64,000 nucleotides of DNA from positions 465,671-529,670 of the forward strand of contig CACWNX010000001.1 in NCBI GenBank assembly GCA_902762295.1, in the 5' to 3' direction. Of the stretch, positions 19,689 through 33,333 are shown one piece after another. Position 1 is the first letter of the stretch. Every line of letters starts with the position of its first letter. Below the pieces are notes generated by a model. That model ran no database searches, was not told the origin of the DNA, and worked only from the letters and a program-made list of their open reading frames with translations. The DNA is from an uncultured Pseudomonadota bacterium (lineage in GTDB: Bacteria > Pseudomonadota > Alphaproteobacteria > Rs-D84). A program made the translations under genes and the position numbers.

Positions 19689-19789
19689 ATTTGCGCTTGA
19701 TTTTCTGCGAATATGTGCTAGGCTTCGCAGAGATATCGGGAATGCGTTCGGACCAAGTGCGCGAATTTCTGGGCTTTTTGTCCAAAAAC

Positions 19790-19863
19790 AGGGGCATGGT
19801 TCAATGGTAGAACATCGGTCTCCAAAACCGCGGATGAGGGTTCGATTCCTTCTGCCCCTGCCA
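19790..19863 (+). tRNA. trnW: tRNA-Trp (anticodon CCA)
   Basis: AGGGGCA..TGCCCCT acceptor stem; anticodon loop CTCCAAA; T-loop GGTTCGATTCC; encoded CCA. 74 nt, homologous to E. coli tRNA-Trp. Confidence 0.9.
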
Positions 19864-19924
19864 GTTTTTTTGGGTTCGGGCGGCGCATTTTCGGTTAAAA
19901 TAACAAAGGTAATTGGTGCACCAT

Positions 19925-20104
19925 ATGAAGAAAATAATGGAATTTATTCGCGGCGTTCGTGCGGAGTGGTTTAAAATCGTTTGGCCAACCCGGGCCGAGG
20001 TTGTTCGCGCAACAATAATGATTCTGGTATTTTCGGCGGCGGCGGCACTGTTTTTCTTTGTGGTTGACAGTATTTTAAATGCTTTGGTTGGTTGGATTTT
20101 CTAA
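19925..20104 (+). CDS. secE: Preprotein translocase subunit SecE
   Basis: MKKIMEFIRGVRAEWFKIVWPTR..; single C-terminal TM; conserved position before nusG. The ORF-track TTG start at 19913 is an alternative. Confidence 0.8.
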   Translation: MKKIMEFIRGVRAEWFKIVWPTRAEVVRATIMILVFSAAAALFFFVVDSILNALVGWIF

Positions 20105-20128
20105 CGCGTGGATCTAAGGGGACTTTAC

Positions 20129-20662
20129 ATGGAAGATAAAATGCAATGGTTTGTTGTAAATGTTCATACCGGGTGCGAAGACAAGGTCGCACGCAACCTG
20201 CGTGAACAAATTGATAAACGCCGCCTGAATGCGTATTTTGGCGAAATATTGGTCCCAACACGGGAAGTCACCGAAATCAAGGCCGGTAAACGTGTCAAAA
20301 CCGAAAAGAAATTCTTTCCGGGTTATATCGTTGTACAAATGGTCATGAACAATGAAACATTTTCGTTGGTAAAACTGATGCCCCAGGTTGTAATGTTCCT
20401 GGGCGCGCGTCAAAAACCAATCGCGGTCAGCGAAGAAGAGGCCCGCCGATTGTTGAAGCAGGTAGAAGAGGGCAGTACCGTTCCCGATGATATTATGTAT
20501 GAAATTGGTCAAGAGGTTCATGTCATCGAAGGTCCGTTTGCGAACTTTAATGGTGTTGTGTCTGATGTTGATAATATAAAGCAAAAAATGACAGTGACAA
20601 TTTTGGTGTTCGGTCGTGAAACGAATGTTGAATTAGACTTTGAACAGGTCGAACGGGTTTAA
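20129..20662 (+). CDS. nusG: Transcription termination/antitermination factor NusG
   Basis: AAGGGGA RBS, then MEDKMQWFVVNVHTG.. (NGN domain) and a C-terminal KOW (..VHVIEGPFANFNGVV..). Confidence 0.85.
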   Translation: MEDKMQWFVVNVHTGCEDKVARNLREQIDKRRLNAYFGEILVPTREVTEIKAGKRVKTEKKFFPGYIVVQMVMNNETFSLVKLMPQVVMFLGARQKPIAVSEEEARRLLKQVEEGSTVPDDIMYEIGQEVHVIEGPFANFNGVVSDVDNIKQKMTVTILVFGRETNVELDFEQVERV

Positions 20663-20766
20663 CCGATTTTGAAAAATCGGCGGGCGTGTGCAAGGCATGC
20701 AAAAAAACAAACAGTCGTGGTAGATGCGCCATATCGCACCACGAATCCAAACAAAAAGGATGAACA

Positions 20767-21198
20767 ATGGCAAAGAAAGAACTGAAGGGGATTGTAAAAC
20801 TGGTTGTCCCCGCAAAGCAGGCAAATCCTGCGCCACCAATCGGGCCGGCGCTGGGTGCGGCGGGTGTTAATATCGCCGAATTTTGTAAGCAATTTAACGA
20901 CAAAACGTCTGATAAAGAACCGGGTATGCCGATTCCATGCATTATCACCGTTTACACAGACCGCAGTTTTGAATTTATCATGAAACTGCCACCGGTGTCG
21001 TACTATATTAAAAAGGCATTGAAACTGAAAATCGGCTCGCATAAGCCGGGTCGTGACTTTGTTGGAACAATTACCAAGGCACAAATCAAAGAAATTGCCG
21101 AAAATAAAATGCCGGACTTGAATTGCTCTACCATTGAATCTGCGATGAATATCGTTGCAGGTCAATGCCGTTCAATGGGCGTAAAGGTGGAGGAATAA
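20767..21198 (+). CDS. rplK: 50S ribosomal protein L11
   Basis: [30 protein letters not shown].. canonical L11. Confidence 0.9.
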   Translation: MAKKELKGIVKLVVPAKQANPAPPIGPALGAAGVNIAEFCKQFNDKTSDKEPGMPIPCIITVYTDRSFEFIMKLPPVSYYIKKALKLKIGSHKPGRDFVGTITKAQIKEIAENKMPDLNCSTIESAMNIVAGQCRSMGVKVEE

Positions 21199-21201
21199 GC
21201 C

Positions 21202-21876
21202 ATGAAAGTTACAAAAAGACAAAAAACATGGGCGGAATTAGATACGACAAAAATGTATTCTTTGGCGGATGCCATTGATGCGTTGCGTCCATATACATCT
21301 AAAAAATTTGATGAAAGTCTGGAAATTGCGGTGCGTCTGTCAATTGATGTGACCAAGGCCGACCAAAATATTCGTGGTATGTTGTCGCTGCCAAATGGAA
21401 CCGGTAAAAAGGTTCGTGTCGCGGTGTTTACCAATGACAAACAGGACGAAGCCAAAAAGGCAGGTGCCGATATTGTCGGTGGCGAAGATTTGATTGAACG
21501 GGTTGCCGGTGGTCAAATTGACTTTGACCGTGTTATCGCAACACCGGATATGATGCCAAAGATGTCAAAGGTTGCACGTGTTCTGGGACCAAAGGGTTTG
21601 ATGCCGAATCCAAAACTGGGGACGGTGACAAACGATGTCGCGGCGGCAGTTAAAACGGCCAAGGCGGGTCAGATTGAATATCGTGCCGAAAAGAACGGTA
21701 TCATTCATGCAGGTATTGGTAAAATGTCGTTCACAACCGACAAATTGGTTGAAAATGCAAATGCGTTAATTGACCAGTTGAAAAAGGTTAAACCGGCATC
21801 AACCAAGGGACAATATATTTTGGGTATTGCGGTCGCAACAACCCAAGGTCCGGGTCTGCATATCGATGCAAAATAA
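21202..21876 (+). CDS. rplA: 50S ribosomal protein L1
   Basis: 224 aa, ..VRVAVFTNDKQDEAKKAGADIVG.. L1 family; follows rplK. Confidence 0.9.
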   Translation: MKVTKRQKTWAELDTTKMYSLADAIDALRPYTSKKFDESLEIAVRLSIDVTKADQNIRGMLSLPNGTGKKVRVAVFTNDKQDEAKKAGADIVGGEDLIERVAGGQIDFDRVIATPDMMPKMSKVARVLGPKGLMPNPKLGTVTNDVAAAVKTAKAGQIEYRAEKNGIIHAGIGKMSFTTDKLVENANALIDQLKKVKPASTKGQYILGIAVATTQGPGLHIDAK

Positions 21877-22079
21877 TAAATGTGATTTGGTGCGGCTGCA
21901 TCAAATCGCAAACAAGATTTCTGTCCAAGACTGATGGTGCGGCAACGCTTAATTTCCATCATAGACAAAGAAAATTCTTTGGGACAGGAAATGGTCCCAT
22001 CCCGATGAAAATCGGATGGAAAGTTTAACAAAAAATGGTTTACTCGGTTTCCGGGTGAATCAGAAGTAAGGGTAAAAAG
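21877..22079 (+). promoter_or_regulatory. Untranslated leader of rplJ-rplL (expected L10-L12 autoregulatory region)
   Basis: 203-nt non-coding gap between rplA and rplJ with a GTAAGGG RBS. The assignment rests on the known role of this region in other bacteria, not on a fold seen here. Confidence 0.3.
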
Positions 22080-22559
22080 ATGAAACGCGAAGAAAAGTCA
22101 AACTTGATTTCTGCGTTGCAGTCGTCCTTAAAGGAAGCAAACGGCGTTTTTGTCGTTGAAAATCACGGTCTGACCGTAAAAGAAATGGAAGGGTTGCGTA
22201 ATGAACTGCGCCCGCTGGTTTCGGTTTTCAAAGTTGTCAAAAATCGTTTGATGAAATTGGCATTGCAAGATACTGATTTTGTCGCCGTTTCCGATTTGAT
22301 GAAGCGTCCAACCGCGGTTGCCGTTGCAACCGATGGACTGGCGGTGACCAAGGTTTTGGTCAAATTCGCCGAAGAACATCCAAACCTGACCATTGTTGGT
22401 GGTAAAATGGATGCGGGTGTGCTGGGCGTTGACGACATTGTGCAATTATCCAAGCTTCCGTCGCTGTTGGAAATCCGCGCAAAAATCGCACGTATCTTGG
22501 TGGAACCGGGTTCGCGCATTGCACGTGTTTCGGCAGAGTATGGAAAAAAGAATCAATAA
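22080..22559 (+). CDS. rplJ: 50S ribosomal protein L10
   Basis: 159 aa, L10 family; conserved position between rplA and rplL. Confidence 0.85.
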   Translation: MKREEKSNLISALQSSLKEANGVFVVENHGLTVKEMEGLRNELRPLVSVFKVVKNRLMKLALQDTDFVAVSDLMKRPTAVAVATDGLAVTKVLVKFAEEHPNLTIVGGKMDAGVLGVDDIVQLSKLPSLLEIRAKIARILVEPGSRIARVSAEYGKKNQ

Positions 22560-22603
22560 TTATTGGAATATAACTTTCCAGTAAAATAAATAGGAGCAAA
22601 AAA

Positions 22604-22972
22604 ATGGCAGACATTCAAAAATTAGTTGAAGAATTGTCTAAATTGACCGTGTTAGAGGCAGTTGAACTGTCCAAAGCACTGGAAGAAACATGGGGCGTTA
22701 GTGCCGCCGCCGCTGTGGCAGTTGCCGCAGGTCCGGCCGCCGGTGCCGCCGCCGAAGAAAAATCCGAATTTGATGTTGTGCTGACCGATATTGGCGCAAA
22801 CAAATTGGCGGTTATCAAGGCTGTGAAAGAAATCACAGGTTTGGGCCTGACAGAAGCCAAAGCATTGGTTGAATCTGCACCAAAGACCGTAAAAGAAGCC
22901 GTTGCAAAAGACGAAGCCGAAAAGATGAAGGCTTCTATTGAAGCAGCCGGTGCAAAAGTGGAATTGAAATAA
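22604..22972 (+). CDS. rplL: 50S ribosomal protein L7/L12
   Basis: [37 protein letters not shown]..Ala/Glu hinge..KVELK. Confidence 0.9.
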   Translation: MADIQKLVEELSKLTVLEAVELSKALEETWGVSAAAAVAVAAGPAAGAAAEEKSEFDVVLTDIGANKLAVIKAVKEITGLGLTEAKALVESAPKTVKEAVAKDEAEKMKASIEAAGAKVELK

Positions 22973-23136
22973 TTTATTCCACCGAACCAATAACGGTTCA
23001 AAAAATAAATGTCACGTTTTCGTGACGAACCCATTGCCCGCCAAGGAATTTTTTCCACGGCGGGCGACGGGCGTAAAGAACAGAGTATGTGTAATAGTTT
23101 CGTTTGCAAAGTGCATAAAAAAAAGGATTGAAACCC

Positions 23137-26100
23137 ATGGCAGTTATCCAGAAACTTAGAAAATCTTTTGGTAAAAGTTTTTTGCAAACTCCACTTCCCG
23201 ATTTGATTGAGATTCAGTATAATTCTTATCGCGATTTCTTGCAGGCAGATGTTGCACCCCAAAACCGCAAAAATATGGGGCTGCAAAATGTGTTTACATC
23301 AATGTTCCCGATTAAGGATTATGCCGGTGCCGCCGAATTGGAGTTTGTTGAATACAACTTGGAAAAGCCCGCATATAATGTAAAAGAATGTCTTGCGCGC
23401 AAAATGACATATTCCAGCAAATTAAAATTAAAACTGAAGTTGATTTTGTGGGATGTTGCCGAAGATGGCAAAAAGACATTGCGTGATATCAAGGAACAAG
23501 AAATATTTATGGGCGAAGTGCCGTTAATGACCGAACGCGGCAGTTTTATTGCATCGGGTGTCGAACGCGTTATTGTATCCCAAATGCATCGTACCCAAGG
23601 TGTTGTCTTTGCAACCACCAAAGAGGCGAAAATCGCCGGTAATCCGATTACATATACTGCGCGTATAATCCCGGACCATGGGTCGTGGATTGACTTTGAA
23701 GAATCCAAAGGCGTTATTTATGTTCGTATTGACCGTCGTCGTAAAGTGCCGGCAACGGTTCTGTTGCGTTGTTTGCCATGCGCCGAAGACGAAAAGAAAT
23801 GGATTGCCGAACCACGCAAAACAACAATTCGTGGTATGTCAGATACCGAAATATTATCGGTGTTCTATAAACGTATACCGTTAAAAACAAATGGCAAGAT
23901 GTGGATTGGTGAAACATCTGTATTTGATGGATTGGATAAATATCGTCTGAATTATGATTTGATAAATCCAAAAGATAAAAAGCCAATCGCCGAAAAAGGT
24001 GATCGTTTGAATGCAAAACGTTTAAGTAAGATTCAATCTGCATCCAAGGAATTTGGTATTTTACCAGATGCGCTGGTTGGAGAATATTTGTTTGATGCGG
24101 TTATGTCTGGTGACCAGGTAATATATCCATCTGGAACCGAAATCACCGAAGAAGTTTTGGCAGATATTGAAAAATTAGGTATCAAAGAAATATCATTGAT
24201 ATCTATTGACAACACAACTATTACTTCGCATATGCGCAACACATTGGTTGCCGATAAAACAACCAATCGTGAAGAAGCATTGATTGAAATCTATAACATC
24301 ATTCGTCCGGGCGAACGTCCAACACTAGAAGCGGCGATAAATCTGTTCCTGCGTCAAGGATTTGAAGCGGCATATTATGATTTGTCACCGGTTGGTCGTT
24401 TCAAAATGAACAAGCGTTTAAAAATAGATTCTGGGAAAAAACCCGAAGACGAACGTTTGCTGACGAAAAACGATTTCTTGGCGGTGTTAAAGACATTGAC
24501 TAATATCATTGACCACAAAGATACGATTGATGATATTGATAATCTGTCAAATCGTCGTGTTCGCACCGTTGGCGAATTGCTTGAACAGAATTTCCGTACC
24601 GGTATGGTTCGTATTGAACGCTTGGTTCGTGAAAGTTTGTCATCACCAAATATTGCGACAATGCAACCCCAGGATGTTGTTAATGTTAATCCGTTGATGT
24701 CGTTAGTCGCGGAATTCTTGGGAACCAGTCAATTATCACAATTTATGGATGCGTATAATCCGTTGTCTGAATTGGAACACAAACGTCGTATATCTGCATT
24801 GGGACCGGGCGGGTTAAATCGTGAACGTGCCGGAATTGATGTCCGCGACGTGCATCCAACACACTATGGTCGTCTGTGTCCAATTAACACACCCGAAGGT
24901 GCAAACATTGGTTTGATTAACCACTTGGCATCGTATGCGCGTGTTAATCCGTATGGATTCATTGAAACACCGTACTATGTTGTAGAAAACAGCAAGATTA
25001 CCGACAAAATGGTATATCTGACCGCGGACGAAGAACTGGGGCACAAAATTGCCCAGGGTAATACCCCAACCACCGACAAAGGTGTTTTGTCCGAAGATAT
25101 GGTGACGGCGCGTGTTGATGGTGAATTTACCCGTGTTCCGCGTGAAGAAATTGACCTGATTGATGTTGAACCGCGCCAGGTTGTGTCAATTTCAACTGGA
25201 CTTATTCCATTCGTTGAAAACGACGACGCGAACCGTGCGTTGATGGGTTCAAACATGCAACGCCAGGCGGTTCCATTAATGCGTGTTCAAACACCATTGG
25301 TTGGTACCGGTATTGAACGCGAAGTGGCACGTGATTCGCGTACAGGCAAAGTCGCAAAGCATAGCGGTATTGTTGAATCTGCAGATGCGAAACGTATTGT
25401 GGTTAAATGTATGAACAGCCGCAATGTCGTGACCGGCGTTGATATTTATAATTTGGAAAAATACGAACGTTCAAATAATGACACAATTCTGCACCAGAAA
25501 CCGTTGGTCAAGGCGGGCGACCGCGTTTCGGCGGGTGATATTATCGCAGATGGTTCATCAATGAACTATGGTGAATTAGCTTTGGGACGCAATGTATTGG
25601 TTGCGTTTGTGCCATGGCGTGGGTATAACTATGAAGACTCTATTGTGATTTCTGAAAAGATTTCACGTGATGATGTTTACACATCGGTGAAAATCGTTGA
25701 AAAAGAAATCAAGGTTCGTGATACTCAATTAGGCCCAGAAAGTTTGACACGTGATATTCCAAATGTTAGTGAAGAAGCGCTAAAGAATTTGGACGAATCC
25801 GGTATTATCTATATTGGTGCGCGCGTTAAACAGGGTGATATCTTGGTTGGACATGTTTCACCAAAATCTGAAACATTGCTGACACCCGAAGAAGCGTTAT
25901 TGCGTAATATCTTTGGTGAAAAGGCATTAAATGTCAAAGATACATCACTGCGTGTTGGTCCAAACGAAGAAGGAACGGTTATCGGTGTGAACATCTTGAC
26001 ACGTCATGGTGTTAAAAAAGATGAACGCACTCAGATGATTGAATTGGAAAAAATTAACCGTATCAACAAAGACCGTGACGAAGAAATCGCGATTATTGAA

Positions 26101-27273
26101 AAAGGTTTCGCAGACCAGATTTTCCAGATTGCCGAAGGTCATAAAATTGAATCTGGCACCGGCAGTTTAAAGCCATTCGTTGGTAAAAATCTGACCCAGG
26201 AAGTCTTTGAAGGTATCAAACCGGTTGATGTTAAAAAATTGGTTGTGAATAACAAAGAAGCCCAGACAAAGATAGACGAACTGCGTGAACAGCATCTTAT
26301 CAAACTGAAACAGTTGAATGAAAACGCGGACCGTGAAATTGAAAAGGCAACAGAAAGCAATTCATTGAATGCCGGTGTTTTAAAAGAAGTTAAGGTTTAC
26401 ATCGCGCACAAAATGAAACTGCAACCGGGTGATAAAATGGCGGGCCGTCATGGAAACAAGGGTATTGTATCCCGTGTCGTTCCAATTGAAGACATGCCGC
26501 ACATGGAGGATGGAACCCCGGTTGATATCGTTCTGAATCCGCTTGGTGTGCCAAGTCGTATGAACTTTGGTCAGATTTTGGAAACACACCTTGGTATGGC
26601 GGCACGCGCGTTGGGTGAACAGATTGGCGCCGTTCTTGACGAAGTGAAACAGAAACGCGCCGTCACCGATGACCTGCGTTCAATCATGGGCAAGATTTAC
26701 GGCAAAGATACCGCCGAAAAATTGGCGAAAATGACCGATACCGATGTTCGTGCAAATGCAGAATTGCTGCGTGATGGTGTGCCAATGGCAACCCCGACAT
26801 TTGACGGTGCAACCCCCGAAGATGTTCGCAAGATGCTGAAGTTGGCGAATTTGCCTGAAACCGGCCAGTTCACATTGTACGATGGTGTCACAGGTGAAAA
26901 GTTTGCGCGTCCGGTCACCGTTGGTGTGATGTATATGTTGAAACTGCATCATTTCGTTGATGAAAAGATTCACGCGCGTTCCACCGCAAGTTATTCGTTG
27001 GTGACGCAACAGCCGTTATCCGGTAAAGCCCACATGGGTGGCCAAAGACTTGGTGAAATGGAGGTCTGGGCATTGGAGGCACATGGTGCGGCACACTTGC
27101 TGCGTGAAATGTTAACGGTAAAGTCCGATGATATCACCGGCCGAAACAAGATGTATGAATCCATCATTTCCGGCAGTGATGATATTCAAACCGGCACGCC
27201 CGAGGCATTTAACGTGTTTGTGCGTGAATTGCGCGGACTTGGATTGGCAATGACACCAAAGAAAATAGATTAG
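23137..27273 (+). CDS. rpoB: DNA-directed RNA polymerase subunit beta
   Basis: AAGGA RBS, then MAVIQKLRKSFGK..LIEIQYNSYRDFLQ... 1378 aa. The ORF-track TTG at 23128 is 3 codons upstream. Confidence 0.9.
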   Translation: MAVIQKLRKSFGKSFLQTPLPDLIEIQYNSYRDFLQADVAPQNRKNMGLQNVFTSMFPIKDYAGAAELEFVEYNLEKPAYNVKECLARKMTYSSKLKLKLKLILWDVAEDGKKTLRDIKEQEIFMGEVPLMTERGSFIASGVERVIVSQMHRTQGVVFATTKEAKIAGNPITYTARIIPDHGSWIDFEESKGVIYVRIDRRRKVPATVLLRCLPCAEDEKKWIAEPRKTTIRGMSDTEILSVFYKRIPLKTNGKMWIGETSVFDGLDKYRLNYDLINPKDKKPIAEKGDRLNAKRLSKIQSASKEFGILPDALVGEYLFDAVMSGDQVIYPSGTEITEEVLADIEKLGIKEISLISIDNTTITSHMRNTLVADKTTNREEALIEIYNIIRPGERPTLEAAINLFLRQGFEAAYYDLSPVGRFKMNKRLKIDSGKKPEDERLLTKNDFLAVLKTLTNIIDHKDTIDDIDNLSNRRVRTVGELLEQNFRTGMVRIERLVRESLSSPNIATMQPQDVVNVNPLMSLVAEFLGTSQLSQFMDAYNPLSELEHKRRISALGPGGLNRERAGIDVRDVHPTHYGRLCPINTPEGANIGLINHLASYARVNPYGFIETPYYVVENSKITDKMVYLTADEELGHKIAQGNTPTTDKGVLSEDMVTARVDGEFTRVPREEIDLIDVEPRQVVSISTGLIPFVENDDANRALMGSNMQRQAVPLMRVQTPLVGTGIEREVARDSRTGKVAKHSGIVESADAKRIVVKCMNSRNVVTGVDIYNLEKYERSNNDTILHQKPLVKAGDRVSAGDIIADGSSMNYGELALGRNVLVAFVPWRGYNYEDSIVISEKISRDDVYTSVKIVEKEIKVRDTQLGPESLTRDIPNVSEEALKNLDESGIIYIGARVKQGDILVGHVSPKSETLLTPEEALLRNIFGEKALNVKDTSLRVGPNEEGTVIGVNILTRHGVKKDERTQMIELEKINRINKDRDEEIAIIEKGFADQIFQIAEGHKIESGTGSLKPFVGKNLTQEVFEGIKPVDVKKLVVNNKEAQTKIDELREQHLIKLKQLNENADREIEKATESNSLNAGVLKEVKVYIAHKMKLQPGDKMAGRHGNKGIVSRVVPIEDMPHMEDGTPVDIVLNPLGVPSRMNFGQILETHLGMAARALGEQIGAVLDEVKQKRAVTDDLRSIMGKIYGKDTAEKLAKMTDTDVRANAELLRDGVPMATPTFDGATPEDVRKMLKLANLPETGQFTLYDGVTGEKFARPVTVGVMYMLKLHHFVDEKIHARSTASYSLVTQQPLSGKAHMGGQRLGEMEVWALEAHGAAHLLREMLTVKSDDITGRNKMYESIISGSDDIQTGTPEAFNVFVRELRGLGLAMTPKKID

Positions 27274-27357
27274 TGGATAGTGTAAGTGGTTAGTGGTTAG
27301 TAAAACTTTTACTAATCACTGCCATCACTAATCACTGCTACTAACCACTAATAACTA
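27271..27357 (+). repeat. rpoB-rpoC spacer built of inverted short repeats ((T)TAGTGG left arm, CACTAA(T) right arm, with a 16-nt direct repeat CACTAATCACTGCYA x2) forming an imperfect long hairpin
   Basis: Left arm 27271-27306: TAGTGGATAGTGTAAGTGGTTAGTGGTTAGTAAAAC. Loop TTTT. Right arm 27311-27352: ACTAATCACTGCCATCACTAATCACTGCTACTAACCACTAAT. It starts at the rpoB stop codon and ends at the rpoC AAGGAG RBS. Confidence 0.6.
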
Positions 27358-27365
27358 AGGAGACT

Positions 27366-31481
<4,116 letters not shown>

Positions 31482-31492
31482 TTGTCACGTTC

Positions 31493-31891
31493 ATGAATGA
31501 AAAACCGGCAATCTTTTGTGATATAGATGGCGTAGTCAGCAAGAAATGGGCAATTGCTGACTATGACCGTTTCGGTGAACCAAATACGAATATGATACGC
31601 GTATTGGAAACATTGGGACGCGATTTTACGATTGTCTTTATCACGGGTCGCTGGGCAATGGGTCAGGCAAAGGTTGATGCGTTTATAGATAATCTTTTGC
31701 CAAATATCAAAAAATTGGTATTTTGCAAGCCGCATGATTATCCTGGCACAACCGCTGAATATAAACTGGCCAAGATAAAGGAATTAGAATCAGATGGATA
31801 TAAATTCTATCTGGGGCTGGATGACCACAGTGCGGTGATTGGTCTGATGCACAATCACGGTATGTTCGTGGCCAAGGTAATATCAGATTAA
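31493..31891 (+). CDS. Small HAD-superfamily phosphatase (132 aa)
   Basis: Motif I FCDIDGVV (DxDG), motif II FITGR, Lys in FCKP, motif IV GLDDHS. Minimal capless HAD fold. Confidence 0.55.
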   Translation: MNEKPAIFCDIDGVVSKKWAIADYDRFGEPNTNMIRVLETLGRDFTIVFITGRWAMGQAKVDAFIDNLLPNIKKLVFCKPHDYPGTTAEYKLAKIKELESDGYKFYLGLDDHSAVIGLMHNHGMFVAKVISD

Positions 31892-31957
31892 ACTTTTTCT
31901 TGCAAAAATCTGATATTATACTAGAATAAACGGGATGAAATAAAAAAGGATAGAAAA

Positions 31958-32107
31958 ATGGCAACGCCAAGAAGTAAAACCAGTAAAGCACGCAGCGCGC
32001 AACGTCGCAGTCATGACGCATTGTCGGTAATGCCATGCGGTGTATGCAAGACATGTGGCGAAAAAAAACGTCCACATCATGTCTGCCCGGCATGTGGTGC
32101 AAAATAA
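31958..32107 (+). CDS. rpmF: 50S ribosomal protein L32
   Basis: 49-aa ORF below the ORF-track size cutoff: MATPRSKTSKARSAQRRSHDALSVMPCGVCKTCGEKKRPHHVCPACGAK, the L32 signature with a zinc ribbon. AAAGGATAG RBS. Confidence 0.85.
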   Translation: MATPRSKTSKARSAQRRSHDALSVMPCGVCKTCGEKKRPHHVCPACGAK

Positions 32108-32173
32108 GAACAATCAAATAAATTGCAGATTTGGCGCACATTCTGTGCCATTCTGCATTTTTTAATGTGAAAA

Positions 32174-33232
32174 ATGTCAGACGAAAAAAAGATTATTGCG
32201 ATTGATGCGATGGGGGGCGACAAGGGGCCGATTGTTGCATTGGGTGGTATGAATCAATTTTTGTACCAACATGGTGAATCGCATATATTTTTTCATATCT
32301 TTGGTGACGAAAAAAAATTACGCAAAATGTTGGCGCGCTATCCACGCGTTGCGCGCAATTCAACGATTATAAATGCGCCCGATGTGATTCGCGGAACCGA
32401 TAAAGTTCGTGATGTTATTCGTCATGCGCAAAACACATCTATGTATATGGCAATCAAAGATGTTCGTGAAGGAAATGCCGCCGCGGTTGTCAGTGCGGGT
32501 AATACGGGTGTGTTAATGTCACTGTCAAAGTTGGCATTAAAAACGGTTGATGGAATTTCGCGTCCGGCGATAACAACAATGTTGCCGTCGGGTGCGGGTG
32601 ATTCACGCGTGGTTGTGCTTGATTTAGGTGCAAATGTTCAATGCGATGCCGAAAACTTGTTTGATTTTGCAATTTTGGGTGGTGTCTATGCCGAAGTGAT
32701 TGGTAAAATGTCGCGCCCGAAACTTGGGGTTTTAAATATTGGTGAAGAAGAAACCAAGGGTAATGAAACACTGCAACGCATTAACCATGTTTTGATGGCA
32801 CATCGCGACGAATTGCCATATGAATATTTGGGGTTCGTTGAACCAACGGATATCAGTGCCGGTCGTGTCCAGGTTGTTGTCACCGATGGTTTTACCGGTA
32901 ATATCGTTTTGAAAACCGTAGAAGGAACCGCGAAACTTATTAAACGTGTTATATCTGAAAATATGAAAAAATCATGGTTGGCAATAATTGGCGCATTTTT
33001 TCTGGTGCACGTATTTAAACGATTAAAGCATAAAATTGACCCGCGTTCATATGCCGGTGCAACATTTTTGGGATTAAAGGGGTTTGCGGTAAAAACACAT
33101 GGAAATTCGGACGCGCTGGCATTTGCAAATGCAATTCGGTATGCATCAGATTTAGCCAAAAATGATTTAAACGATATAATTCGCACACGTGCAATGGATT
33201 TGTCTAACATCCGTTCGGAATTACAGGACTAG
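32174..33232 (+). CDS. plsX: Phosphate acyltransferase PlsX
   Basis: MSDEKKIIAIDAMGGDKGP..; 352 aa; follows rpmF as in the conserved rpmF-plsX-fabH operon. Confidence 0.85.
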   Translation: MSDEKKIIAIDAMGGDKGPIVALGGMNQFLYQHGESHIFFHIFGDEKKLRKMLARYPRVARNSTIINAPDVIRGTDKVRDVIRHAQNTSMYMAIKDVREGNAAAVVSAGNTGVLMSLSKLALKTVDGISRPAITTMLPSGAGDSRVVVLDLGANVQCDAENLFDFAILGGVYAEVIGKMSRPKLGVLNIGEEETKGNETLQRINHVLMAHRDELPYEYLGFVEPTDISAGRVQVVVTDGFTGNIVLKTVEGTAKLIKRVISENMKKSWLAIIGAFFLVHVFKRLKHKIDPRSYAGATFLGLKGFAVKTHGNSDALAFANAIRYASDLAKNDLNDIIRTRAMDLSNIRSELQD

Positions 33233-33259
33233 TTTTTATTTATGTTCTGTTAAATACAC

Positions 33260-33281
33260 AATCGGCGGTTACCCGCCGATG
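33260..33281. terminator. Hairpin after plsX and after the convergent 111-aa gene
   Basis: ATCGGCGG-ttac-CCGCCGAT, 8-bp perfect stem. The flanking T-runs are weak. Confidence 0.35.
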
Positions 33282-33333
33282 TGCTCTCCCTTCTTTCCGG
33301 AAACCGGAAACTGTTTGTTTGTGTGTGTTAAAC

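Noticed and set aside
22615-23286. 223-aa minus-strand ORF
   Set aside because: Antisense to rplL and the rpoB 5' end; low-complexity translation. An artefact of high-GC third positions in highly expressed genes.
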